Notes: generated by a model from the sequence alone, not told the origin. A DNA stretch of 63,725 bases, filler included, from Octopus bimaculoides (GCF_001194135.2; 8 parts of 7 records of this genome joined end to end with filler, not necessarily neighbours in it); one strand, 5' to 3'. Shown: positions 23,145-37,137, numbered from the whole stretch's first letter. A program made the numbers and translations.

Positions 23145-23640
23145 TACCAACACACATACACACACACAAACACAAATACACACACACATACAGACACAAA
23201 CAAACATACATACACACAGAGACCCAGAGAGACAGAGAAACAGAGACAGATGGGTGATAGAGAGGGAAAGAGAGAAGAGAGAGTGACGTGTGTATATCAA
23301 TGTGTCGTGTCTCTTTATTTCACACAACCTAGCGGTTCGACAAATAAATTTCAATATAAGAAGTATCCACCTGAAAATGTAATGAGGACGATATAATAGT
23401 TCATATAAACATATATGGTTGCAGTGCAATGACTGAAACTCGCGAAAGATAAAAGGATATATAAGAATATAAACATGAATACACACACGCACCCTCGAAA
23501 TGTACTATATGTGTATTTGTAGTATAAAAGAGGTTTGCCTTAACGACAACAAATGAGCAATCCGAAGGAGAAAAGCTTCACATACATCTGATGTCGCTAC
23601 AATAGAGAATATGTGCTTCTGTTATAAAAATACATACATG

Positions 23641-23671
<31 letters not shown>

Positions 23672-24299
23672 ACACACTTGCACACACACACTTACACACA
23701 CACTTGCACACACACACTTATATACACACACACACACATACACACACACTCAGACCCACACTTCCATGCTTACATATATATACAGGTATACATACATTAA
23801 TTCAATCTCACTCATCCATACGTACGTACGTAATAAACATATATGCACAATGTATTGTACTTCAAAAAATTTGATACATTTGAAATTGACAACTATCAAA
23901 GTATTGACTTTGTGTGTTTATGTCAATCGCCCCCACGCTACCCTCACTCTCCGTTTCTGAATCTAAACGCACACACACGTGACTCAATACTGGGCTTGCA
24001 AATAGGTATTCAGTGGAACATACAGTTTCACATTGAATGACTCACGCACAGATACTTACAGTTTATCATTAATAATCAGAAACACACAAAATCGCTAATG
24101 CACATATAGGGAAGAATACAAAGACACAAAGAATTACATGCATACAAATATAGGTCCTCTTTCATAATATGTCGGTATCTCACCTCACCTTCTTAGAGAT
24201 TAAAAAAATTTTCCCGGATGTGCTATTATTTTTTCCGAAGATGTTTTCTTCTGCATTTAAATATGATTTTACTTGTTTGTGGCATGTAAAGATATTTTA

Positions 24300-24403
24300 G
24301 AGGAGGAGGAGGAGGAGGAGGAGGAGGAGGAAGAAGAAGAAGAAGAAGAAGAAGAAGAAGAAGAAGAAGAAGAAGAAGAAGAAGAAGAAGAAGAAGAAGA
24401 AGA
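24300..24403. repeat. (GGA)n(GAA)n compound trinucleotide repeat
   Basis: Seen directly in the sequence. Confidence 0.95.
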
Positions 24404-25091
24404 GGACATTTGGGGGCTTTGCCCTCAATAAAATTGGTAAAGGGCAAAACAATTAGGTAGGATCCAGTGGGAGATGTTACAGTAGCACCATTGACACACC
24501 GCCGCTTGCAGATTAATGGGTGGTTGGAAATTCTGCCTCGTTAATGTTCTGGATGCAAATGGCAATGAGATACCTCCCATAATCCAGAAATGGCGAAAGA
24601 TGTCATCATTCCTGTCCTGTGGACCAACGAACGGGCATTTTGTCTTTCTGACATAACTAGCAGCAACAGCACCACAATATCGTCTTGTTATTACGGGGAG
24701 GTAATAAGAGGAGGAAACAAAGTCCCAAACAGTTGCGAAGAAGTGAAAAGAATGAGGAAACTATAAGGAAGATATAAGGAAGAAACCCTCTGAGAAGAAC
24801 AATGATGATGGTGACGAGGAAGGCAATGAAATGAAATTCGCCATCACTTGAAAATCAGATCAGTACCTCCACAGACAGGAATAACATATTCGCTGTGCGG
24901 CGGCCGTTTCATGATATATCACTCAATTTCATGATATATCACTCAAAGAAGAGTAAATAGATTTAAAGTTTGAGACAATTAAGTCAGACTTTACATTTAA
25001 AAAAGAAAAAGGAAATTTATAACTTGGAAAAACAAGAGTATCCTGAGGACATGGACTATTTCCTTTGTCACCCCCACCCCCCCACTGCCTT

Positions 25092-25144
<53 letters not shown>

Positions 25145-26694
25145 GCACACACACAAATACACACACAAAATGTTAACAGACAATTTTGGCGGCAGGAGAC
25201 TCCAGCACAAGCAGTGAAGGGAAAAGACGTGAGATTCTCTCACCCAACGGAGACATGTGGTTTCTCAACCGTGTTTCCATGTCTTGTCTTCTATTTACAT
25301 TATATCTTACTTTTAATTATTGTGCGTTTTATGTAATATTTACTTGCTCTGGTTAATTATTTGCATGTTTATGAAATGTTTAACTTTTTACATGTTTAAT
25401 TGTATATAGTCTTTTACCCCGTCATTCGTTTTTTTTATTATTATTTAATTTTTCTTTCCAGCACGAAAGCCTTTTCATTCCTGTTTAACATTTCTTGGTT
25501 ATTTCATTGAATGTTTCATATGCTATTGTGGCTACATGAAATATTATCATAATATCTGGAGAATCTACAAGAATAGATGCAAGCACTAATTTATAAAAAC
25601 ATGTGACATATTAATAAAAATCTGTAAATGTACAAGCATCCAGATATCTGTGTACCTTATTATTTTTTCTAATATATAATTCCTGTACATCAGCTCCAAA
25701 CCNNNNNNNNNNNNNNNNNNNNNNNNNNNNNNNNNNNNNNNNNNNNNNNNNNNNNNNNNNNNNNNNNNNNNNNNNNNNNNNNNNNNNNNNNNNNNNNNNN
25801 NNNNNNNNNNNNNNNNNNNNNNNNNNNNNNNNNNNNNNNNNNNNNNNNNNNNNNNNNNNNNNNNNNNNNNNNNNNNNNNNNNNNNNNNNNNNNNNNNNNN
25901 NNNNNNNNNNNNNNNNNNNNNNNNNNNNNNNNNNNNNNNNNNNNNNNNNNNNNNNNNNNNNNNNNNNNNNNNNNNNNNNNNNNNNNNNNNNNNNNNNNNN
26001 NNNNNNNNNNNNNNNNNNNNNNNNNNNNNNNNNNNNNNNNNNNNNNNNNNNNNNNNNNNNNNNNNNNNNNNNNNNNNNNNNNNNNNNNNNNNNNNNNNNN
26101 NNNNNNNNNNNNNNNNNNNNNNNNNNNNNNNNNNNNNNNNNNNNNNNNNNNNNNNNNNNNNNNNNNNNNNNNNNNNNNNNNNNNNNNNNNNNNNNNNNNN
26201 NNNNNNNNNNNNNNNNNNNNNNNNNNNNNNNNNNNNNNNNNNNNNNNNNNNNNNNNNNNNNNNNNNNNNNNNNNNNNNNNNNNNNNNNNNNNNNNNNNNN
26301 NNNNNNNNNNNNNNNNNNNNNNNNNNNNNNNNNNNNNNNNNNNNNNNNNNNNNNNNNNNNNNNNNNNNNNNNNNNNNNNNNNNNNNNNNNNNNNNNNNNN
26401 NNNNNNNNNNNNNNNNNNNNNNNNNNNNNNNNNNNNNNNNNNNNNNNNNNNNNNNNNNNNNNNNNNNNNNNNNNNNNNNNNNNNNNNNNNNNNNNNNNNN
26501 NNNNNNNNNNNNNNNNNNNNNNNNNNNNNNNNNNNNNNNNNNNNNNNNNNNNNNNNNNNNNNNNNNNNNNNNNNNNNNNNNNNNNNNNNNNNNNNNNNNN
26601 NNNNNNNNNNNNNNNNNNNNNNNNNNNNNNNNNNNNNNNNNNNNNNNNNNNNNNNNNNNNNNNNNNNNNNNNNNNNNNNNNNNNNNNNNNNNNN

Positions 26695-26877
26695 ATTATT
26701 ATTATTATTATTATTATTATTATAGACCTCGCACATTATACAACATCGTGAAGTCGTTGATGGAAGATATTGTGTCTACCGGGGGGTTTGTACTGTTTGT
26801 CAAGTCACAAGAAGGACCCCAGACAGACAGTACTTTACGCAACATGTGTACAGTTCCAAGTAATGCCGAATTTTGCA
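26695..26877 (-). mobile_element. R4/Dong-like retrotransposon 3' end (second subfamily) with (AAT)n tail
   Basis: The minus strand reads QNSALLGTVHMLRKVLSV-stop, homologous to QKIALLGIAHILRKTLSIQ at 57830-57889. The 3'UTR ends in (AAT)n. Confidence 0.75.
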
Positions 26878-27199
26878 TTATTATTATTATTGTTGTTGTT
26901 GCTGTTGTTGTTAAGGAGGTAAGACGTGTTTTGTGTTTTTTTGAGCTCCATTAAAGGTAGTCTAATTTTGTTGAGAATTTGTTGAACTCCTGTTTTTGTT
27001 ACTCTAATTGTTGTTGCAAGGTAGCTGCTATGAACATACTGGCTAAGGTTCAAGCAACTGACGAGCAAATCAATGGTATTGAGCAGAATATTTATAGTAA
27101 CCCATCTTTTATACCAAGACAAGACATGTACATGATAACATTTCCAATCAGTTAAGAGGAGAAGCTATGAGAGTCACTGCCTGGTACTGCATCAGGGCA

Positions 27200-27410
27200 T
27201 TTATTACCTCCGCCTTAACGAAGGCGGAGGTATTGTTTTCAGTCGTGTTTGTTTGTTTGTCCGTGGACAACATATCTCAAGAACCGCAGGATAGAGTCGG
27301 ATGAAACGTTTAAGGATGTTTGGCCTCGTGACTGGCACGAACTGATTAGAATTTGGGATCGATCCCGCACCGGACAAAGATTCTGTATTATTTTTCCCTT
27401 TTTTTCCTAC
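27200..27410 (+). mobile_element. Helentron-associated (HINE/DINE-1-like) element, 5' part
   Basis: Perfect 12-bp hairpin TACCTCCGCCTT-AACG-AAGGCGGAGGTA (27205-27232) followed by a (GTTT)n GTCC tract; homologous to the reverse complement of 50560-50750. Confidence 0.55.
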
Positions 27411-27457
27411 TGAACGAGGTATTCTCTGAACGAGGTATTAACAGTAACTGCATGATA

Positions 27458-27861
27458 AAGTGAAGTATAATTGCCACTTAAATGTGGATGACTCCGAAGG
27501 GTGGATGTTACTGTTGCTTTTAGCCCCAGGAGGACATCTCCTCCAGCTGGCTATCGACACACATCTGTGTCCTGTCGGTATTTGCCAAGGGAAGTTATCT
27601 TTCCAATCTTGATCTACGATACGTACGTACTCGAGTTTCAGGGTTATTTCCATTCTTCAGCGTACGACAATCGCCGACCTTGGCGAACACTATGTTATTG
27701 GTAATACAATACCTGTACTACCCATATCCCTTGGCAAATACCGACAGGACACAGATGTGTGTCGATAGCCAGCTGGAGGAGATGTCCTCCTGGGGCTAAA
27801 AGCAACAGTAACATCCACCCTTCGGGGTCAGCCACATTTAAGTGGCAAATATACTTCACTT
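27458..27861. mobile_element. Foldback/MITE with 135-bp inverted arms
   Basis: Arms 27458-27592 and 27727-27861 differ at 3 positions, with a 134-bp spacer. TAA at 27456-27458 and 27861-27863 is a possible target-site duplication. Confidence 0.85.
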
Positions 27862-27939
27862 AATTTTTAGTATCCTCATTTGTGAGAGCAGTCGAGTTTA
27901 TTTCATTATTGTTGTTGTTGTTGCTGTTGTTGTTGTTGC

Positions 27940-28150
27940 TGATAGAATCGTTAGCACGTCGGGCAAAAGGCTAGGCGGTATTTCATCTGTCGCTACGTTC
28001 TGTGTTCAAATTTCACCGAGGTTGACTTTACTTTTCATCCTTTCGGGGTCGATAAATTAGGTACCAGTGAAACATTGGGATCGATGTAATCGACATATTC
28101 CTTCACCCAAATATAGCTACCCTTGTGGAAAAATTTAAAACCCTTATTAT
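27940..28150 (+). mobile_element. SINE family B copy
   Basis: AGAATCGTTAGCACGTCGGGC...GTTCAAAT...CATCCTTTCGGGGTCGATAAATT. Confidence 0.8.
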
Positions 28151-28744
28151 TATCATCATCATTATTATTATTAATCAAATGGTCAGATTTAACAGCGACT
28201 GATTATCCAGTGTGCCAGACATACTAAATTACATCTTTGGGAGCGGTTGGCAGGAGAATTCTCTCATATGACACTTAATGTTTTCTGAGTGTTTTTATTA
28301 GTATTTCAAATAAAATCCCATCCATCAATCATTTACAAACGCCTAGTGTATATAAGTATGAATGCAACTCTGTACTTCTGTTTTCAACGGCTCTCTTTCT
28401 ATTTCTTTCTCTCTCTCTTCTCTTTCTAACCCTTCCCTCTCTCTCACTATGATGTACTGTTTATAAGCGTACCCGCATATACAATAAAAGCCTACTTATG
28501 TACAACTGTATATACATGCGAGTGCGTGTGTGTATGTGTCCCTCGCTTTCTCTCCCTCTCTCTCCCTCTCTTTCTCTCTCTCTTTCTTTCTCTCTCTTTC
28601 TCTTTCTCTCTTTCTATCTCTTTCTATATACATACGTATATGAGGATGTATTATAGAACACTATGTTATTGGTAATACAATACCTGTACTACCCATATCC
28701 TATTAGGTGTTCATGATTGCCCACTCGTATTAACAAAAACAAAG

Positions 28745-28809
<65 letters not shown>

Positions 28810-29100
28810 NNNNNNNNNNNNNNNNNNNNNNNNNNNNNNNNNNNNNNNNNNNNNNNNNNNNNNNNNNNNNNNNNNNNNNNNNNNNNNNNNNNNNNNNNNN
28901 NNNNNNNNNNNNNNNNNNNNNNNNNNNNNNNNNNNNNNNNNNNNNNNNNNNNNNNNNNNNNNNNNNNNNNNNNNNNNNNNNNNNNNNNNNNNNNNNNNNN
29001 NNNNNNNNNNNNNNNNNNNNNNNNNNNNNNNNNNNNNNNNNNNNNNNNNNNNNNNNNNNNNNNNNNNNNNNNNNNNNNNNNNNNNNNNNNNNNNNNNNNN

Positions 29101-29148
<48 letters not shown>

Positions 29149-29499
29149 TGTGTATATATATATATATATATATGAGTGTCTGTGTGTATCATATATATGT
29201 ATGTGCATGTGTATGTGTGTGTGTGTGCGTGTCTATGTGTGCGTGCGAATATGTGTGTTTGTTTATGTTAATTACGCTATTATTATTCGCAGATTCATCA
29301 TTGTACATTTTTTAAATGTTTGGCTATGTAAAAGCGATACGTCGCCATCTTTCCAAGGGGAATATTACAAGCTCTAAAAGAGTGGCTGTAAAGGTAGAAA
29401 TAGCATGAGGTCGAAAGCTTTTGCATGTAGAAAGGAAGATAAAATATGCTTTAATATAAATCAGAAAAAACCCGAGCTTTATGATGAATTTTTTTATAT

Positions 29500-29950
29500 A
29501 CCCAGGCCGATTCCCCATTTTTTAAGAGTGGATAGCTACAACAAAACACACACCAGGCACTCCATTCAGTTCCCAGCTCAAAGATGCGAGCTCCGTTCTT
29601 TGCTCAGGTCCAGATATAGGAGTAACCTCCAATACCAGCATCGGGACCCGACAGCATATGCTAGTTTGCTCCCGACGCACCATGCTGGTTCCGTACCCTT
29701 TTGAGCAACATCAAATTCACTCATCTATCCACAAACACTCTTCCAGCTTTCCTATCATTTATAAACTCTCTTGCCCCCCTCACTCCAATACTTCTAACCA
29801 TCAAAAGTTTCCTCACTTCATCTATATACACAAACCGAGGTCTACCTCAAGTTCTACTGCCTATCACTTCTTTCTTCATCACCCTCCTTACTATCCGATC
29901 CTCATCCATCCTCTCCATGCGGCCAAACTAGCTCAACATTCGTCTATTCA
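29500..29950 (-). mobile_element. RTE-type LINE 3' fragment (different subfamily)
   Basis: The minus strand reads LS*FGRMERMDEDRIVRRVMKKEVIGSRT*GRPRFVYIDEV, matching the RTE C-terminal WFGHVxRM...GRPR..W.D motif. Confidence 0.7.
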
Positions 29951-30708
29951 TTTTGCTATATAATGAAAAATAACGTAAAATAAAATGTGCTAGTGTTAGA
30001 CTTGGACCAAAAGATAAAGCATTCTAAAACGAAAATGTTAAATAAAAGATAAGTGATTAGTGGAGTAGTAGTATTCAGAGAAATGTCTGCGGATTTTGGA
30101 ATATCCATTCCAAATGGATATTCTTTAAAGGTATCTATTGAATGCAAATTAAGTACCTTTAACCGCAGTACACAGAGGAAACTGTTTGTCTCCCATTGCT
30201 TTTCGGTCCAATTTGCCATTCAGTTTTATAGTTCACTTGCCAAATATATTTCGAGAAAGCAGTAAAAGGTATTTTCGCTTTACCCTACAGGAAATAGTAT
30301 ACCAAGCAGATCTTTTTTACACGCCTTTCAATAAGCCTCAAATACTTTTGCTTTCCATTGTTATCGTTTCTTGGTGCCGATTTCCGCTTCATATTTTATA
30401 GGTTTGTGGTACAAGCTTGATCAAGCAGGTACGTGCATTAGTTAATCTCCTTCTTCTTAATTCTATGTAGACGTTCTAGGATTCTTGGCAAAAATACTTT
30501 TGATATTTGCGATGTTACTATACCTCACTTTCAAGCATTTTCGTTGATGTTCATTTTATAATAGTGCATGCTTCTAAGCGATTGTGTATCAATTCCAGCA
30601 CCTAAATAGAAGGTGAGGGGGAACGAGATAATTTTCCGGGGCTTATTTGTGGATATATGGGTAGGTCGGTTTCAACTACACACGTCGATATTCATACATG
30701 TCTATGTG

Positions 30709-30747
<39 letters not shown>

Positions 30748-30773
30748 GTGTGTGTAGTAGGCATGTGTGTGCA

Positions 30774-30813
<40 letters not shown>

Positions 30814-30847
30814 ACACATGCGAGCGCGTATATGTATATACATACAT

Positions 30848-31160
30848 ACATACATAGTGGAGGCGCAATGGCCCAGTGGTTNNNNNNNNNNCGGCAGGGG
30901 ATGGTGGCGAACCCTGCTGTACTCTTTCACCACAACTTTCTCTCGCTCTTACTTCCTGTTTCTGTTGTACCTGTAATTCAAAGGGTCAGCCTTGTCACAC
31001 TCTGTGTCACGCTGAATATCCCCGAGAACTGCGTTAAGGGTACACGTGTCTGTGGAGTGCTCAGCCACTTGCACGTTAATTTCACGAGCAGGCTGTTCCG
31101 TCGATCGGATCAAATGGAACCTTCGACGTCGGAAGCGACGGAGTGCCAACAACAACAACA
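30848..31160 (+). mobile_element. tRNA-derived SINE family A
   Basis: Head GGAGGCGCAATGGCCCAGTGGT, a gap, then body and (CAA)n tail. Confidence 0.85.
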
Positions 31161-31564
31161 TACATACATACATACATACATGCACTTTGTATGTATATCC
31201 CTAAAGAGAGTTGGTGTAGAAAATTATTTTGAAAAAATAGCACGGTAAATCCCTCTATCTGGATGCATTTAAACCCTTTACAACTTTCTGACACATATAA
31301 CAGCCTTCCTGATTATTTTGGTGGGCACGTCTTTTTAAAAAAGTGTAACTATATTTACTTTTAATCAATTATTTATCACAATTATGTAATTATAGATTTG
31401 GTAGTGATTATCTTACTGAAACAACTATAGAGCACAATTAAAGTATGAACAAGTGAAATTTGTCATGCTTTTCTTCTTTTTGGCATCTTTGACGGTCACT
31501 CACTTCCACTCCGTTGTTGTTTCAGTTTTCCTCTATCAGCGAGACTGGAATGTAAAACATTACG

Positions 31565-31671
<107 letters not shown>

Positions 31672-32669
31672 ACTGTATCGACCAGTCTATTAAATGTTTT
31701 TATACATCGCTTGTCACAATGCACTTCTTTTTCTTTCTTGGTTGCACCATTCTTTTCCACCTTGGCTCAAAACGTCTTTCCACCATTCTGACAGCCTTTC
31801 GTATGATCTTTTCCGATCTCTTGGATACCATTCGGCAACTGCACAGATCTATTTGTTGTTAGATACAGACAACATATACATATACACACATATATAGTGC
31901 ATATATGTATGTAGAGGGCCTATTAGTACACGTTTGATCGTTGGATAGGCAGCGTTACAGAAATCGTTTTGGCTCTCACCTCTGAGTTGAAATCCAGTCA
32001 AGGCCACCTTTACCTTTCAAACATTCGAGTTCAATAAATAAAATACCGATTTTGCCCCCACTCCTCTCTCTCTCTGGCTCATTCTCTCTCTTTCTCCCTC
32101 TCACATTTTTCTCCTTTACATATGCTTGTGTGCTAGTAATTCGCTCTTGTTACACTAAAGACTCTTCCCGCTCGCATAAAGGTCCCTGAAGCGCCATGGT
32201 GAATTAAATCCTTATCAGAATACAAAAAGAAAGAGGATATCAACACAAAGAAGTAAAGAAATCGAGTGGCAGCGGGAAAAAATGCAGACTGATCGTATAT
32301 GACTTTAGTGTTATATATATTTATTTATAAGAGGTACTAAATGTTCACGGATATTATATTACATAGGCTACCTGACGACTATTATGTAAAATAAAAAGAA
32401 AAGGACAATGTAAATGTGTTTAACCTCCGTTTTAGCTGTGTTTCAGTTATTTATTTCATAAGCAGAACTAGTTATATTGTGAATTATAATGTATGTGAGT
32501 ATTCTGCAAATGTTTTTACCCTTAAAAATTCACAGGCACCATCAGTGTGAAAATGGATGTGCATCAAGGCTATGTGTATTCATGCACAAAAATCCAGTAC
32601 TGGGTCGATGGCATTGACTTACCACTCCCCACAAAATCTGCTCGCCTCGAACCTAAATTAGAAATAATC

Positions 32670-33960
32670 ATATTGGCTTCAAATTTTGGCACAAGCTCAA
32701 CAATTTCGGGGAAGGGTTAAGTCGATTACATCGACCCCAGTGTTCAACTGGTACTTATTTTATTGACTCCGAAAGGATGAAAGGCAAAGCCGACCTCTGC
32801 GGAATTTGAACTCAGAACTTGCCTGGCGTGCAAACGTTTCTACCAGCTCGCCTTCTTGATTAGAAAGAACTACATTGGAAAAATTGTTAGAGTCGGAAAT
32901 GTGCTATGCGCTATTTCTTCTTGCTCTTTATATACTGAATTCAAATACCGTCTAGGTCAACTTAGCCTTTCATTTCTCTGGCATCAATAATATAAGATAT
33001 CAGTCAATGCATTTTTGTCCAGTGCTCTGAAGATTCGGTCAATCTATCGCCTCTGGCTCCAGTAATTTAGATTGCTTTTTTCATAAACGTTGTGGCTACT
33101 CCGAGTATTGTAAGTATTATTAGACTTCCTGTCAGATTCAGTAAAATATGATCTACGTTAGAAAACCAAGGTGTGGATTCTATTTTCCATTCCCGAACAG
33201 TCATAGCATCCCGAATTTTACCTGACTATTTTTAGTCAGAGTTTGGAATGTAACATGTGTGCATTTCTTTCAATCACTGACAGATTGGAAGTAACAATGG
33301 TTAATTATCTTTAAAATCATTACAGTTGAAAACGTAATGAAAGCGTTACCTCCACTGGAAGATAAAATATGCTGTCACACTCCAGTTGTTATAAGGTGAA
33401 ACTTATGTCAGATGTATTACATAACAGGAAAATAGAAAATCGAACGCGACATTGTGTATTATTTGTGTGTTGTATGTGAGTAGGGGTGGTGCGGAAATGA
33501 ATATCTACTGTTATCATTACTTTTAAATAAGGCAGCAAGCTGCCAGAATCATTACAGTGTCGGAAAAAATGTTTAGCAGCATTTCGTCTGAGTTCAAATT
33601 ACCCTGAAGTCAACTTTACCTTTCATCCTTTCGGGAGTGATAAAATAAGTACCAGTTGAATTCTGGGGTCGATGTAATCGACTTACTCCCTCCCCGAAAT
33701 TGCTGACCTTGTGTCAAACTTTGAAACCATTATAAATAAATCGGCGAGCTGGCAAAATCGTTAGCGCACCGAGCAGAATGCTTTGTGACATTTCGTACGT
33801 CTTTACGTTCTGAGTTTAAATGCCACCGTGGTTGATTTTGCCTTTCATGCTTTCGAAGTCGATGAAATAAGTACGAGTTGAACATTGGGTTGATGTAATA
33901 GATAAGCCCCATCCCACCAAATTTCAAACTTTGTTCTTGTAGTAGAAAGGATTATTATTA
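32670..33960. mobile_element. Cluster of SINE family B copies: 32670-32835 (-), 33528-33730 (+), 33740-33960 (+)
   Basis: Each carries the family B motifs; the last two are head-to-tail. Confidence 0.75.
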
Positions 33961-34207
33961 TTAATCGTGAAGATTAAAGGCGGGGAAATAACAGGATCTT
34001 TAGAGCGTTGGAAAAATGCCTTGCGACATTTGAGCCTCTCTAACAAGTTGTAACCATCATTAGAAGAATGAAAGGTGTTGGTTGGTCGAACCTGCAGAGC
34101 AGCAAGCAATGTACCTAACACTATTCACAGTTAACTGGCTCTACGTTCTAATTTTAATTCCCACTGAACGTAACAATGCCTTTCATTTTTCTGGAGTTGT
34201 TAAAATA

Positions 34208-35461
34208 TCAGGTCATCCCATAAGTTCTGTCCGATTTTACCTTTTTTAAAATTGAATGAAATTTAATAGTATTTGAGAATGGAATTAAAAAATTATTTTT
34301 ATGCATTTGTGTACATTTAAACTAATTAAAATATTATTTTACAGAATAATAGAATTAAAATTTCTTTGATTAAAACCCTTTCTAACATGGAAGTATCCAA
34401 AGAGCGTAGGAAACTCTGCAGCCGAAGCGACTCGAAACATGCACTCAGTTTATGGGAAAGAATGCTTGAATGAAAGAACTTGCAGAAGATGGTTTGCAAA
34501 ATGCAGAAGTGGAGATTTCAGCCTTGAAAATGAAGATCGAACAGGACGTCTAGTTGAGTTTGATGATAAGATCCTTGAGGAATTACTTGAAGAAAATCCT
34601 GCATTATCAGTTAATGAATTGGCAATAAAGTTTAGTTCAAGCCATACAACTGTTCATTGTCATCTTCAACAACTTGGAAAGGTTCCTAAACTTGGAAAAT
34701 GTGTGCCTCATGAACTGTCCGAAAGCAACTGCAAATCTCGAGCTGACATCTGCTCTTCTCTCCATTCTCGCGAACACATTTCACCCTTTTTGGATAGACT
34801 TGTGACTGGTGACGAGAAATGGATCTTCTATCGAAATGTTAAACGTCATAAACAGTGGCTTGGTAAAAGGAAAAAAAGCTCAACCACGACCGACAAAAGG
34901 AACTTCATGGAAAAAAAGTTTCTTCTCTCTATCTGGTGAGATTGCAAAGAAGTGATTCACTTTGAATTGTTACTACCTAATGCAACAATCAATGCTCAAG
35001 TTTACTGTCAGCAATTGGAGCGTTTGAACCAAGCTTTGAAGAAAAAAAAGACCAGCTTTAGTGAATCGAAAAGTAGTGATGATTCATCAGGACAATGCGC
35101 GACCCCACACTGCAAAGATCACGTCACAAAAGATCGAAGAGCTTGGTTGGGAAAAAATTTCTCATCCACCTTATTCTCTCGACCTTGCTCCTTCAGACTA
35201 CCATTTGCTTCGTAGTTTACAGAATTATTTGAGGGACATAACTTTGCAAGCCAGGAGGAGGTCGAAACTGACATTTCAGCGTTCTTCGCTTTGAAACCAA
35301 AAGAGATTTACATTGATGGGATTAAAAAGCTTGTAAACAGATGGAAGGAAGTCATAGATAATCAAGGAAAGTACATTGATGACTAAATTTCAGTTACATA
35401 AAACATTTGATAACTTGTTCTCTTTATTGAAGATTCGGACAGAATTAATGGGATGACCTGA
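34208..35461 (+). mobile_element. Full-length mariner (DD34D), 1254 bp
   Basis: 27-bp TIRs TCAGGTCATCCCATAAGTTCTGTCCGA / reverse complement (2 mismatches), with TA on the left. Confidence 0.95.
34387..35386 (+). pseudogene. Mariner transposase, frameshifted
   Basis: CVPHEL, LVTGDEKW, HQDNARPH, HPPYSLDLAPSDYHL; 34 residues between D2 and D3; split over three ORFs. Confidence 0.92.
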
Positions 35462-35549
35462 CATATATATATACCAGGAAATAATGGAAATTAATTTGAT
35501 TGACTTTGATCTCTGTGCAAACGGCTTCGTGTTTATGCTAGAAATATTA

Positions 35550-35760
35550 TTGGTTTCAAATTCTGGCACAAGGCCAGCTATTTCGTGAGAAGAGCTAAGT
35601 CGATTACAACGACTCCAGTGCTCAACTGGTACTTATTTTATCGGACATTGAAAGGATAAAACATAACCTCGGCGGAACTTAGACTCAGAACGTAAAGTCA
35701 GACAAAATGCCACTAAGCATTTCATTCGGCATGCTAATATTTCTGCCAAATTGCCGCTTT
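35550..35760 (-). mobile_element. SINE family B copy
   Basis: Reverse complement of the family B body. Confidence 0.75.
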
Positions 35761-36062
35761 ACCTATGCTACAAATATCATTAACTGAATCGGTACATCAA
35801 ACAAAGGGGAATTATGTTTTTTATTTAGCAACAACCCTTCCCTTAACGTTTTGAGTTCAAATATGAACAGAATCTGTTTTGCTTTTATCTGCTCTGGGGG
35901 TCCAATGTAGGGAAAACACTTAACGACCGTATATTAAATAAAATCATAACACTATATGATTATTGATATCTAATTTATGCACTAAGCCACACATTTTCGG
36001 GAGGGATAGTGTATTAAATTTACTTTATTATTTGACAGACCCACTACTGATCCACTATGTGC

Positions 36063-36845
36063 CGAGGGCGAGTAAAAAATTGTGTGCACTCTTGTGTCTG
36101 CAATGTATTAAAACAAAAGCAGGAGTACATCATTTTGCGACATAGTCTCCTTGCTTTACGATACACTTTTTCCAGCGGTCCACAAGTTGGCTTATTCCAC
36201 CGGAGAAGATTTTCGGCTGGTTGCGCAGCCATTTATGCAACGCGTCCTGCTCTTCTTCGTCCGTAGCAACTCAACAAGCTTGTAAAGGATGTTGTGGCAA
36301 TCCAAAGAGGTGATAGTCGGAAGGGACGAAATCTGGATTATATGATGAGTGTTCCAGCAAATCGACACCCAATTTTTCAATGGTTTCAATGGCGTGGGTG
36401 GCCATATGTGGGCATGCATTATCATGAAACAACAACAGTTGATTTGATAACAGACCTCGATGTTTTGTGCGAATTGCTAGTTTCAGTTTGTTGACCAGCA
36501 TTTCACTGTAGCCTACAGTGGTGATTGTAGATCCCTTTTCCCGGCAATGTTCCAGTATCGGCCCTTTTGCATACACCCACCACCCCACTCAAACGGTTAG
36601 CATCCCTTTTTCTGTGGAAGGTTGAGTCTTGATTTTTCTTTCACTGGCGATTCCACGTGTTTCCACTCCAAGTTCAGCCTTTTGAATTCTGGATCAAATT
36701 GATGACCCAGGTCATTTCTCCCGTGACTATTCTCTGCAAAAAAGTTTTACCTTTTATTGTTGTAGTGCTCGAGTAAATGTTGACAGATCTCCACACGATT
36801 GCGTTTATAGCTATCGATAAGCCCTGTTGGCACCCATCTCGTACA
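36063..36845 (-). mobile_element. Mariner (DD34D) fragment, second family
   Basis: RWVP, FLQRIVTG, HDNACPH, HSSYNPDFVPSDYHLFG; TIR-like CGAGGGCGAGTAAAAA at 36063. Confidence 0.85.
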
Positions 36846-36957
36846 TACTTTACTTGTATGTGTGTAAATATACACAAGCACATAAGGGTTTTTATGTTTA
36901 TATATATGTATATAGTTATAATTTCTCCACACCTCATTTCTTTCTCTCTTTCACACA

Positions 36958-37045
<88 letters not shown>

Positions 37046-37137
37046 CACAGAGTTAGTGTGCGTTATTCTATCATTGTGCGCCTATTATATGTACTGAGTG
37101 TGTGCGAGCGCATTTGTGTGTATGTGCACGTCTCACT

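Noticed and set aside
24404-24900. GC-richer complex stretch after the (GAA)n tract
   Set aside because: Frames are interrupted by stops and I could not assign a family; it is probably a decayed TE.
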